Part shown: piece after piece, positions 1-8,558 of the stretch
Layout of the letters: every line of letters starts with the position of its first letter
How positions within the stretch are numbered: position 1 is the stretch's first letter
Source: Spirochaetia bacterium
GTDB lineage: Bacteria > Spirochaetota > Spirochaetia > DSM-16054 > Sediminispirochaetaceae
Reading direction: 5' to 3'
NCBI GenBank assembly: GCA_034520965.1
Contig: JAXHMY010000003.1
Span: 544,001-608,000, forward strand
DNA length: 64,000 nt
Notes under the pieces: generated by a model
Told to the model about the DNA's origin: nothing
What the model saw: only the letters and a program-made list of their open reading frames with translations
The model's database searches: none
Position numbers and translations under genes: made by a program

Positions 1-21
1 TAACAGCATAAGGAGATAAAT

Positions 22-1296
22 ATGAAAGCTACAGAAATAGACAAGATTGTACTCGCCTATTCCGGCGGGCTGGACACCTCGATTATCATCCCATGGTTAA
101 AAGAGAACTACAGTAACGCCGAAATTGTCGGGGTATGCGTCAATGTAGGCCAGGATGAGGACTGGGACAATATGGAGGACAAGGCAAAAGCCTCAGGCGC
201 CTCTAAGCTCTACATTATCGATGCACGAGAGGAGTTCTGTGATGACTATCTGTATCCGATGCTGCGAGCCGGAGCGGTGTATGAGGGTAAGTACCTGCTG
301 GGAACCTCGATTGCTCGGCCCCTTCAGGCAAAGCACATTGCAGAAATTGCTCTAAAAGAGGATGCACAGGCGGTTGCCCACGGCTGCACAGGCAAGGGGA
401 ACGACCAAGTTCGTTTCGAGCTCTCTTTTAAGGCCTTGGCGCCGCATCTGAAAGTAATCGCGCCTTGGCGTATGTGGGATATCCACAGCCGTGAAGAGGC
501 TATCGACTATGCGAAGGCACATAACATCCCCCTTGGCAACATTTCTAAAAAGAATATCTATTCCCGTGACTGGAACAGCTGGCACATGAGCCATGAAGGG
601 GGCGACCTGGAAGATCCATGGAACCGGCCTCAGGAGCACATGTATCAGCTAAGTAAATCGCCGGCGGATGCTCCTGATCGTGAGACTGCCGTCACCCTGG
701 AATTTGAGCACTCCTTTCCCGTAGCGTTGAACGGTAAGAAAATGAGTTTTCAGGAAATTTTGGACGAGCTTAACACATTAGGTGCGGAAAACGGCATCGG
801 CCGTTCGGATATGGTAGAAACCCGTACCGTAGGTATGAAAAGCCGAGGTGTGTATGAGACTCCCGGTGGCACGATTCTCTACGCTGCAGTCAAAGAGCTG
901 GAAACTATTACCCTCGATGGGGACACTATGAGTATGAAAAATACTTTGGCCCTCAAATACTCTGAATTGGTGTATGTAGGCAAGTGGTTTACCACTGTAA
1001 AAGATTCTATTGACGAGTTTATGGCCAAGGCAACCGAATTTGTCTCCGGTACGGTAAAAATGGCTCTTTACAAAGGCAACGTAATTGTGGCCGGTCGAAC
1101 ATCCCCTTACAGTCTGTACCTGGAAGACCTTGCATCCTTCGGCGCAACCTCTTACAATCATAAGGACGCCACAGGGTTTATTAACCTGTACGGCCTGTCT
1201 ACCGGCGTGTCGGCGATGGCACATAGGAAACTGGAAGAGTCAACCGGACAGGTTAACGAAATGAAAAAGACGGCCGCCACCTACCACGATAAATAG
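22..1296 (+). CDS. argG: Argininosuccinate synthase
   Basis: LAYSGGLDTS, HGCTGKGNDQVRF and GMKSRGVYETPG motifs; AGGAG RBS. Confidence 0.97.
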   Translation: MKATEIDKIVLAYSGGLDTSIIIPWLKENYSNAEIVGVCVNVGQDEDWDNMEDKAKASGASKLYIIDAREEFCDDYLYPMLRAGAVYEGKYLLGTSIARPLQAKHIAEIALKEDAQAVAHGCTGKGNDQVRFELSFKALAPHLKVIAPWRMWDIHSREEAIDYAKAHNIPLGNISKKNIYSRDWNSWHMSHEGGDLEDPWNRPQEHMYQLSKSPADAPDRETAVTLEFEHSFPVALNGKKMSFQEILDELNTLGAENGIGRSDMVETRTVGMKSRGVYETPGGTILYAAVKELETITLDGDTMSMKNTLALKYSELVYVGKWFTTVKDSIDEFMAKATEFVSGTVKMALYKGNVIVAGRTSPYSLYLEDLASFGATSYNHKDATGFINLYGLSTGVSAMAHRKLEESTGQVNEMKKTAATYHDK

Positions 1297-1327
1297 TGCC
1301 GGGGCAGCGTCGTCGAGGAGCGGAAAC

Positions 1328-2902
1328 ATGGGTCTTAAGTATGAAAATTTGGATGCAACCGAGAGTTTTTCAGTATTAAATAAACTCCCGGTGCCTTCGC
1401 TGCGCGAGGTTCTTACCACTGAGCGTGTTTCCGCGTGTACCATACCGGTCGGCGGTGGACTGTCTTTCAACTATGCCGCACTTCCGGTGGATAAAAAGAT
1501 ATCCGCCGCCCTGGCCGAACTTGCCGATGAGCAGCAGCTTATCGACAAATACCGAGCCCTGCTTGATGGTGAACGCATGAACACCGGTGAAAACCGGATG
1601 GTACTCCATCACCTGACGCGGGGTCAGCTTGGAAATGCCGTTGAAGAAAATGGTCATAACTTTAGAGCTTTTTATGAAACCCAACTGGAGCGTATATCGG
1701 CCTTCAGCAACAAGGTTCATGAAGGGACCATTAAAGGCTCAACGGGAAAGAACTTTACCACCGTTGTGCAAATCGGCATCGGCGGTTCTGATTTGGGGCC
1801 AAGGGCTCTCTACCTGGCCTTAAAGGGGTACTACTCTCAAGCCAAATTAGAGGCCCGCTTTATCTCTAATGTCGACCCCGATGATGCCGCAGCCGTACTC
1901 GATGGGCTTGACCTGGAAAGCACGCTTTTCATCCTGGTGTCCAAAAGCGGTACCACCCAAGAAACCCTGACAAACCAAAAGCTGGTACATAACTATATTT
2001 CTTCGCACGCCCCTAAAATTGATACACGTAGACATATGCTGGCGGTCACCAGTGCTGCCAGCCCATTGGCCGATTCCGAGGACTTTCTTGATAGCTTTTA
2101 CATCGATGATTACATTGGCGGTCGCTATAGCTCCACCAGTGCAGTCGGGGCGACAGTCCTTTCCCTGGCCTTTGGAGGGGATGAGTTTGCACGTGTACTC
2201 AGAGGAGCCCACGATGCCGACCGCCATGCCCTGGAACCATCCTTCTACGACAATGCTGCCTTAGCCGATGCACTCATGGGAGTATACATGGGCAATATCT
2301 TGAAATATCGGGTCAGTGCGGTGTTGCCCTACTCCCAGGCTCTGGGACGCTTCCCGGCTCATCTGCAGCAGCTGGATATGGAAAGTAATGGGAAACAAGT
2401 AAGCCGCAGTGAAGTGCCTTTAGCTTATCACACCGGCCCGGTTATTTTTGGGGAGCCGGGAACCAATGGTCAGCACTCTTTCTATCAACTACTGCATCAG
2501 GGAACCGAACAGATTAATTTACAGTTCATTGGCTTCCTGAAAAACCAGCGCGACCTGGATTCAGTACAAGACGGTTTCAGCAGCCGCCAAAAGCTTAATG
2601 CAAATTTAGCGGCTCAAATTGTTGCCTTTGCAAAGGGCAAGCAAGATGAAAAGCCTAACAAATCCTTTCCCGGCAACCGCCCCTCCAGCCTGCTGTATGG
2701 GAACGAACTTACGCCCGAATCCCTTGGAGCTTTACTGGCCCATTTTGAGAACAAAGTAATGTTTCAGGGTTTCACCTGGAATATAAACTCTTTTGATCAG
2801 GAAGGAGTTCAGCTGGGAAAACTGCTTACCAAGGAAGTTCTTGGCGGCGAACCGCAGGATGCCGGTTTGAGCGCATACGCCCGTTTGCTGGGAGTTCTCT
2901 GA
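1328..2902 (+). CDS. pgi: Glucose-6-phosphate isomerase
   Basis: IGIGGSDLGP, SKSGTTQET, GGRYS, QQLDMESNGK, GTNGQHSFYQ and FDQEGVQLGK motifs. Confidence 0.97.
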   Translation: MGLKYENLDATESFSVLNKLPVPSLREVLTTERVSACTIPVGGGLSFNYAALPVDKKISAALAELADEQQLIDKYRALLDGERMNTGENRMVLHHLTRGQLGNAVEENGHNFRAFYETQLERISAFSNKVHEGTIKGSTGKNFTTVVQIGIGGSDLGPRALYLALKGYYSQAKLEARFISNVDPDDAAAVLDGLDLESTLFILVSKSGTTQETLTNQKLVHNYISSHAPKIDTRRHMLAVTSAASPLADSEDFLDSFYIDDYIGGRYSSTSAVGATVLSLAFGGDEFARVLRGAHDADRHALEPSFYDNAALADALMGVYMGNILKYRVSAVLPYSQALGRFPAHLQQLDMESNGKQVSRSEVPLAYHTGPVIFGEPGTNGQHSFYQLLHQGTEQINLQFIGFLKNQRDLDSVQDGFSSRQKLNANLAAQIVAFAKGKQDEKPNKSFPGNRPSSLLYGNELTPESLGALLAHFENKVMFQGFTWNINSFDQEGVQLGKLLTKEVLGGEPQDAGLSAYARLLGVL

Positions 2903-2943
2903 AAAGCTCCACTGTAATCCTCATTTCGCACTTATATCAAATC

Positions 2944-3011
2944 AGTTTCGCATACCGCTTCGCGGCAACCGAAACGACGAAAATAGCTGGATACGGCTAT
3001 TTTCTAAATAG
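2944..3011. repeat. 68-bp double-hairpin repeat, copy 1 (inverted relative to 4802-4869)
   Basis: 60/68 identical by eye to the reverse complement of 4802-4869. Confidence 0.85.
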
Positions 3012-3018
3012 AATACAC

Positions 3019-3053
3019 AAAAAAGGGCTGCCGAAAAACTTCCGGCAGCCCTT
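3019..3053 (-). terminator. Intrinsic terminator, minus-strand oriented
   Basis: GGGCTGCCG/CGGCAGCCC 9-bp stem followed on the minus strand by T6 (A-run 3019-3024). Confidence 0.85.
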
Positions 3054-3231
3054 AAAAATGAAAAGCACTTAAAAAGAACCCTCAGGGAAAAGGAGGTACA
3101 AAACCCTGAGGGATAACAAAAAAAGGAGGTCGATGAAAAAGTTTCCATGCTCTTCAATGAAAAAACCATTCTGGCTGGATATGGTTACATAGAAACAAAT
3201 AATTTATGGAAAAAACCATAAATTAATTATC
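3019..3231 (-). ncRNA. Candidate ~210-nt sRNA with anti-SD/anti-start motifs
   Basis: Own promoter and terminator, several hairpins, two ACCUCCUUUU motifs (one in a hairpin loop), no convincing ORF. Confidence 0.6.
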
Positions 3232-3237
3232 TCCAGT

Positions 3238-3266
3238 AACTTAATAAAAACGAAAAAAAATGTCAA
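3238..3266 (-). promoter_or_regulatory. Sigma70-type promoter TTGACA-17-TAAGTT
   Basis: Perfect -35, 17-nt spacer, TAnnnT -10. Confidence 0.65.
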
Positions 3267-3274
3267 TACTCAAA

Positions 3275-3290
3275 TGTAATAATTTTCACA
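3275..3290. promoter_or_regulatory. CRP/Rex-like box TGTAA-N6-TCACA
   Basis: 9/10 match to TGTGA-N6-TCACA; a weaker box TTGCTATATTATTCACAA lies at 3356-3373. Confidence 0.4.
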
Positions 3291-3379
3291 TAAATATTAT
3301 ACACCCTAGAAATGAGACCAAATTTTTTAAATTTATTAATCTATTATAGCTTTTATTGCTATATTATTCACAAAAAATA

Positions 3380-4732
3380 TTATTTATCTTTAATGTACAC
3401 CTGGTTTTTCATACTCATCGGCTGGCGAGTATTTTCCAGCACGTCACGCCATAAACTGCCCTCAATATCGACATGCCGACGCTTAGAAACCGCAACCCGC
3501 ATTGGCACATGCACAAAATTGTCGTGGACCATACTAATAAGAGTTTTTGTTTTTCCCGCTACCGCCGCATGCACAGCATTTGCACCCAGTCGTGAACAGT
3601 AGATTGAATCGTTTGGATTTGCTGCAGCACTGCGAATCATATAGCTGGGATCAATATACTTGATATTTACTTCCATGCCGTCTTTTTCAAAAAACTCCTT
3701 GATTCTTCTTTTTAGTACTGAGCCAATGTCCTCTAGACTCTTATTTCCGGACAAATCGGTTTTGCCGGTTTCGCTGGTGAGTTTTTCCCCGGCCCCTTCG
3801 GCTACCAAAATAACCGCATGATTCCGGTCTGCAAGGCGACGTTTCAGGTGAACGAACAAACCATTCTCTCCATCTAAGTCAAAGGGACTCTCCGGGATGA
3901 GGCAAAAGTTTACATCGCTCATTGCCAAAGCCGTATGGGCTGCAATGAAACCGGACTCACGCCCCATCACTTTTACCAAACCAATGCCGTTTATGGTATC
4001 GTGAGCCTCGGTATGAGCTGCAGAAACAGCTTTTACAGCCTCAGTAACCGCCGTGTCAAATCCAAATGACCGCTGAATAAAACTGAGGTCATTATCAATA
4101 GTTTTGGGTATACCGATAATGGAAATCTTAAGGTTGCGCCGTTCAAGCTCTTCCGCTACCTCTAAAGCTCCGCGCTGAGTGCCGTCACCACCAACGGTAA
4201 ACAGCATACTAATATTCATACGCTCGATTGCATCTGCAATCTCTTCAACTCGATTTCCGCCGCCCCGTGCCGACTTTAAAATCGTTCCCCCCTTGGTTTG
4301 AATATCATCAACAATCTCCGGGTCCAATTCCAAGGGCGCAAAACCGGTTTCCGGGAGAAAACCCCGATACCCATTCTGAATGCCGGTGATTCTTGTAATA
4401 TTATATCGATACCACAAACAGCGTACTACTGCTCTAATAACATTGTTTAGGCCGGGGCAGAGCCCCCCGCAGGTGACAATCGCTGCATGTACATGCTTTG
4501 GGTTGAAGTAAATCTTCTCGCGGGGACCGGCCTTTTCCAGCAGCTCATGTGGGTCAAAACATACCTGCTGATGATCCTCCACGACCCCTTCGATATGATA
4601 AAGGATCTTTTCCTCATCATTTACGTAATTGGCAACCATATCTCCATCTTCGGTCGACATAATTATTGGTGATGTAATTTTTCGTTTGCCTAAGGCTGGA
4701 ACGCTATAATCTTTTGCTTTAGTATCCGACAT
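3380..4732 (-). CDS. pfkA: ATP-dependent 6-phosphofructokinase (long type)
   Basis: TCGGLCPGLN, GGDG, PKTIDND, MGRESGFIA and DPSYMIRS motifs. Confidence 0.93.
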   Translation of the reverse strand: MSDTKAKDYSVPALGKRKITSPIIMSTEDGDMVANYVNDEEKILYHIEGVVEDHQQVCFDPHELLEKAGPREKIYFNPKHVHAAIVTCGGLCPGLNNVIRAVVRCLWYRYNITRITGIQNGYRGFLPETGFAPLELDPEIVDDIQTKGGTILKSARGGGNRVEEIADAIERMNISMLFTVGGDGTQRGALEVAEELERRNLKISIIGIPKTIDNDLSFIQRSFGFDTAVTEAVKAVSAAHTEAHDTINGIGLVKVMGRESGFIAAHTALAMSDVNFCLIPESPFDLDGENGLFVHLKRRLADRNHAVILVAEGAGEKLTSETGKTDLSGNKSLEDIGSVLKRRIKEFFEKDGMEVNIKYIDPSYMIRSAAANPNDSIYCSRLGANAVHAAVAGKTKTLISMVHDNFVHVPMRVAVSKRRHVDIEGSLWRDVLENTRQPMSMKNQVYIKDK

Positions 4733-4801
4733 ACTCTCCCCTTCTACTCTCTATGCAATTGCTTGAGGAGTAGTGTAGTAAGCTGTTTCAATTTATGCAA
4801 G

Positions 4802-4869
4802 CTATTAAAAAAATAGCCGTATCCGGCTATTTTCGTCGTTTCGCTTGCCCCACAGCGGCATGCGAAACT
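4802..4869. repeat. 68-bp double-hairpin repeat, copy 2
   Basis: Contains the AAAATAGCCG-N4-CGGCTATTTT hairpin; overlaps the cyclase stop codon. Confidence 0.85.
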
Positions 4870-6526
4870 ATTTAGAAGTAAGCACTTCAACCCCGCTCCA
4901 GCCGGCGGGAGGGGGAGATTTAATATAGGCACGGCAGCGTTCAATATACAGATCGGCCAAATAATCATCGGGCAAAAACTTCTTAACTCCCGCAAAATAC
5001 TTTAAAGCCTGGTTGAAATGTCTCTGATAATAGTACTTTAAGCCGGTATGGTGATATTGCCAGGCCTTTTTCTGCCGCGCCGTGATCGTCCGTTCGGCAG
5101 TATAAATATTTTCTCCTGTGGTTTTGCCCTTCACTACCACCTTATCTACTAAGCGACAGGGAATTTTTCCCTTCGCTTTCCGATAGACACTTTCAGAAAA
5201 AATGATGCTTTGCTGATAGGGCTTCGTCAATCCCTCAAGCCGGGAGCCTAGATTTACCATATCCCCAATGATGGTGTAATCCATTTTTTTCTCCGAACCG
5301 ATATTGCCAACCGTTACCACCCCATAATTTATTCCAATACCGGTTTTGAACTCCGGCTTGCCGTTCCTGCTCTGTTCTTCATTAAAAGACCTCAGAGCTT
5401 CCTGCATCTCAACCGCAGCCAACACAGCTTGAACGGCATCATCCTCATGCTTTACCGGTGCACCAAAAAATGCCATGATCGCGTCGCCGATATATTTATC
5501 AATTACCCCTCCGTGGCTGATGATAATATCCACCATCATTTCAAAATAGCGGTTTAGGGCACTCACCAGTTCATCAGGCATAAAGCCTTCTGAAATAGTG
5601 GTAAAACTGCGAATATCTGAAAAAAGAATTGCTACAACTCGATTATCACCAACCAGCATCCGCTCAGGATTCATAAAGATAGTATCGATCACATCTTTGG
5701 GAACATATTTTTGAAATATACTGCGCACCTTGTGTTCATTTTTCTGGGCTAGTACCGCCTTAAAGGCAAACTCTTTTATCTGGTTGTACGCACGTTCCAG
5801 TTCGGTAGACATCATGTTAAAAGTGTGGGCCAACCGACCTATCTCATCGTCATATTCAACCGGTACTCGATGAGAAAGATCATTAGTTTCGATAATGTGG
5901 TGCATTCCCTTCACCACCAGGCGAATAGGGCGGGTCAGATAACCGGAAAAGAAAAACAACATTATCAGTGAAAGAACTATTGAGCCGCCCAGCACGTACC
6001 CGGTATTCACAATTATCTGGTCTGCTTCCCGATAAAAAGCCTGAGAGCTTTCGGTAACTAAAATGTACCAATCGAAGGGGGGGAATGAAAAAGACTGCCC
6101 TACACGTTCCACATTTCCAAGAGTGAAATTTACCCAGCCCTCCTCCTCTTGATGAATTTTCCTGTACAGTCTGGCTTTCTCAACAACCGTAAGCTCTATA
6201 TCATCGCTGGCCATAGCCACTCTGGCGTCAGCATCAAGGGCTATAATCAACTCGGTATCACTGCGTATAATAGATTCAGCGTATGAAGCAACGGCATTCT
6301 TTGCAACACTGAGGTAGCGCTCATCCTCGTGCAAGCGATTCTGTTCCAGTAGATTCCACTGACTATACGCGTAGTTCTCCAGCTCTTCGGCCTTGAACCC
6401 TAGGAATTCAATCGCAACTCGTGTCATTCCGCTGCGCGCAGAGAAAGAAGACACTACTCCGGTTATGATAAGAGAACTCATGAGGATAGGTATTACGACA
6501 AAAATAATCTTTGCTCGGATTCTCAC
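4868..6526 (-). CDS. Membrane class III adenylate cyclase (2 TM, HAMP, cyclase, TPR-like tail)
   Basis: FSDIRSFT, DKYIGDAIMA and DYTIIGDMVNLGSRLE motifs; HAMP DEIGRLAHTFN. Confidence 0.92.
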   Translation of the reverse strand: MRIRAKIIFVVIPILMSSLIITGVVSSFSARSGMTRVAIEFLGFKAEELENYAYSQWNLLEQNRLHEDERYLSVAKNAVASYAESIIRSDTELIIALDADARVAMASDDIELTVVEKARLYRKIHQEEEGWVNFTLGNVERVGQSFSFPPFDWYILVTESSQAFYREADQIIVNTGYVLGGSIVLSLIMLFFFSGYLTRPIRLVVKGMHHIIETNDLSHRVPVEYDDEIGRLAHTFNMMSTELERAYNQIKEFAFKAVLAQKNEHKVRSIFQKYVPKDVIDTIFMNPERMLVGDNRVVAILFSDIRSFTTISEGFMPDELVSALNRYFEMMVDIIISHGGVIDKYIGDAIMAFFGAPVKHEDDAVQAVLAAVEMQEALRSFNEEQSRNGKPEFKTGIGINYGVVTVGNIGSEKKMDYTIIGDMVNLGSRLEGLTKPYQQSIIFSESVYRKAKGKIPCRLVDKVVVKGKTTGENIYTAERTITARQKKAWQYHHTGLKYYYQRHFNQALKYFAGVKKFLPDDYLADLYIERCRAYIKSPPPAGWSGVEVLTSK

Positions 6527-6680
6527 TCTGCTGCTACGCTCCTAATTAAAGCCCTATTCCTGCACAATTTTTGCACACGGGCTTTATCACAATAATCGGT
6601 TACTACAGCCAAGCGCTTAAACTTTTACCGTTAATGTGTCGACAACTTATAGTGATTAAGCTCAAGGAGACTGATGAAAA

Positions 6681-8483
6681 GTGGCCACAACTTCTCCCTC
6701 ACAGCACACTGCACAGGGTACACCTCGAAATGAAATTCCGGTTGAGGTTGAAGGCTTTTCAGAGGAAGAACGCCGGGATATTGTCGATCAAATTGATCAG
6801 GTAGCCCGAAGTAATCGTTTGGGTGCATCCGAGGCTTTCTCGAATATACAACCTCAGAAAAAGGGTTCACTTTTTCCAATAGTAGTAAACGTGCTGGCCC
6901 TCATTCTAATTGGAGCAGGTGTTTTCGGGGCCAACTACTACTTCAATCGGCAGATTGAGGCCTTGAGTATTGAATCCGGCCAGCTTGAATCGGCTGAAGG
7001 AAAGATTCTGGAAGCGGTAAAAAAAGAGTCTGAAGAACAGTTAAACGCCAAAGAGGCTGAAATATCACAGATACGTGAAGACCTCCAGGAAATTGCACGA
7101 GAACGACAGTCGCTGCAGGAAAATATGCAAGCTCAAATTGATGCAAAAGAGCAACAGCTCCGAAGCGACCTTGAAGCAACACTTAGGCAGGAGCGGGAAC
7201 GACTCGAATCGCAAGGAGTAAGCAGCCAGGAGCTGCAGGAACGCCTACAGGAGTTTCGACAGCAGCAGGAACAGGAATATCAAGCCGCTCTGCAGGAATA
7301 CCGAAGCGAAACTAGTCAGCAGTTAGCTGAAAAGGAACAGGAGCTGCAAGAAGCTCAGGCTACTGCAGAGCAGATTCTCGCTGAGGCAAACCGGGAAAAG
7401 GCTGAAATTTTAGAGGATACCCAGCAAAGAGAAGCTGAATTGCGCCGGCAATTCGAAACAGAACGTGAGCGCCTTACCGCAGAAACTTCAGAGGTCCAGC
7501 AGGAACTCGAACGTCTATCGAAAATACGATCAAATGAACAGCTGTACAGGGATCAGATAAATGGGATGTACCGAAATATTCAGCAAGCCCTTGAACAGGG
7601 CAATCGTCAAACCGCCCAGGCAAGAATCACAGATATGCGTGAGTTTCTGCAAAACATTTCATTTCAGGATGCCCCTTCACTTGCGAGACGAATGGACATC
7701 GATCAGTTTATGATAGACCTGCTGGAAGAACAAAGCCTTAGTACCGCCGCCGCTAAACCTGATGAATCCCTGTTGGAATCAGCCAAAACTATCTCCACTC
7801 TGCGAACTACCGTCGCTGAAGCACGAAAACTGCAGCAAGAGGGCAAGTTGTACGAGGCAAAACGATACTTTAACCGTGCTACCGAACTCATCCCGGCTGT
7901 TTCTACAGCCGTAAACCAACTTGAAAACATCAACCGGCAAGAACAAGCTGATAGAATTCGTCAATTACTCTCAGCCGGAGAGACTGCAGTAGAAAACGAA
8001 CAGTACGATCAGGCAATCGAACATTTCACCGCAGCGGTAACAGAGGCAGCCGATGTCCATTCAGCCGCGGCCGGAAGCGCATTAAAAGGGTTAGTTGAGA
8101 TTTTTAACAATCGGTTGCAATCAGAGGCTGCTGATTATGAACAGCGTATTAACTCTCTAGAAAGACAGATCGCACAGCTTATAGAGGAGAAGCAAGCTCT
8201 AAGTGAGGCATTGCAACAACGTTCTACCTCAGCCACTCAGCTCAGCAGAGAAATCGAGCAAAAAAATGCGCAGATTTCCCGATTAGAAAACACGTTGTCC
8301 ACACAGGAACAGCGCATCAATTCACTTTCAAATCAAATCGACCAGCTGGAAACTGAAAAGCAGCAGCTTGAACAGAGATATCAGAAGGTTCGCGGGCAGG
8401 TGGATACACTGAATAAAGAGCTCAATGATGCGGTAGATGAAATGGCAGACTTAATAAGCCGCGATGAATCGAGTCGCCCCTGA
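6681..8483 (+). CDS. Single-TM long coiled-coil protein of unknown function
   Basis: One hydrophobic helix, then Q/E-rich heptads and TPR-like helices; start uncertain. Confidence 0.75.
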   Translation: MATTSPSQHTAQGTPRNEIPVEVEGFSEEERRDIVDQIDQVARSNRLGASEAFSNIQPQKKGSLFPIVVNVLALILIGAGVFGANYYFNRQIEALSIESGQLESAEGKILEAVKKESEEQLNAKEAEISQIREDLQEIARERQSLQENMQAQIDAKEQQLRSDLEATLRQERERLESQGVSSQELQERLQEFRQQQEQEYQAALQEYRSETSQQLAEKEQELQEAQATAEQILAEANREKAEILEDTQQREAELRRQFETERERLTAETSEVQQELERLSKIRSNEQLYRDQINGMYRNIQQALEQGNRQTAQARITDMREFLQNISFQDAPSLARRMDIDQFMIDLLEEQSLSTAAAKPDESLLESAKTISTLRTTVAEARKLQQEGKLYEAKRYFNRATELIPAVSTAVNQLENINRQEQADRIRQLLSAGETAVENEQYDQAIEHFTAAVTEAADVHSAAAGSALKGLVEIFNNRLQSEAADYEQRINSLERQIAQLIEEKQALSEALQQRSTSATQLSREIEQKNAQISRLENTLSTQEQRINSLSNQIDQLETEKQQLEQRYQKVRGQVDTLNKELNDAVDEMADLISRDESSRP

Positions 8484-8510
8484 TATGGGAAGAGTAACAG
8501 CTCCTAGAGC

Positions 8511-8539
8511 TTGACTATTAAACTAATTATATTTATTAT
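8511..8539 (+). promoter_or_regulatory. Sigma70 promoter TTGACT-17-TATTAT
   Basis: Near-consensus hexamers. Confidence 0.6.
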
Positions 8540-8558
8540 AGTTTTTGGATAAAAAATA

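Noticed and set aside
3079..3130. CsrB-like GGA-loop RNA on the + strand
   Set aside because: Few GGA loops, and the transcription signals are minus-oriented
3133..3192. 19-aa + strand ORF (MKKFPCSSMKKPFWLDMVT) behind AAGGAGGT; possible type I toxin
   Set aside because: The SD-ATG spacing is very short, the peptide is not hydrophobic, and the promoter and terminator face the other strand; not fully excluded
2944..4869. pfk segment as an IS or transposon
   Set aside because: No transposase and no clear target-site duplication
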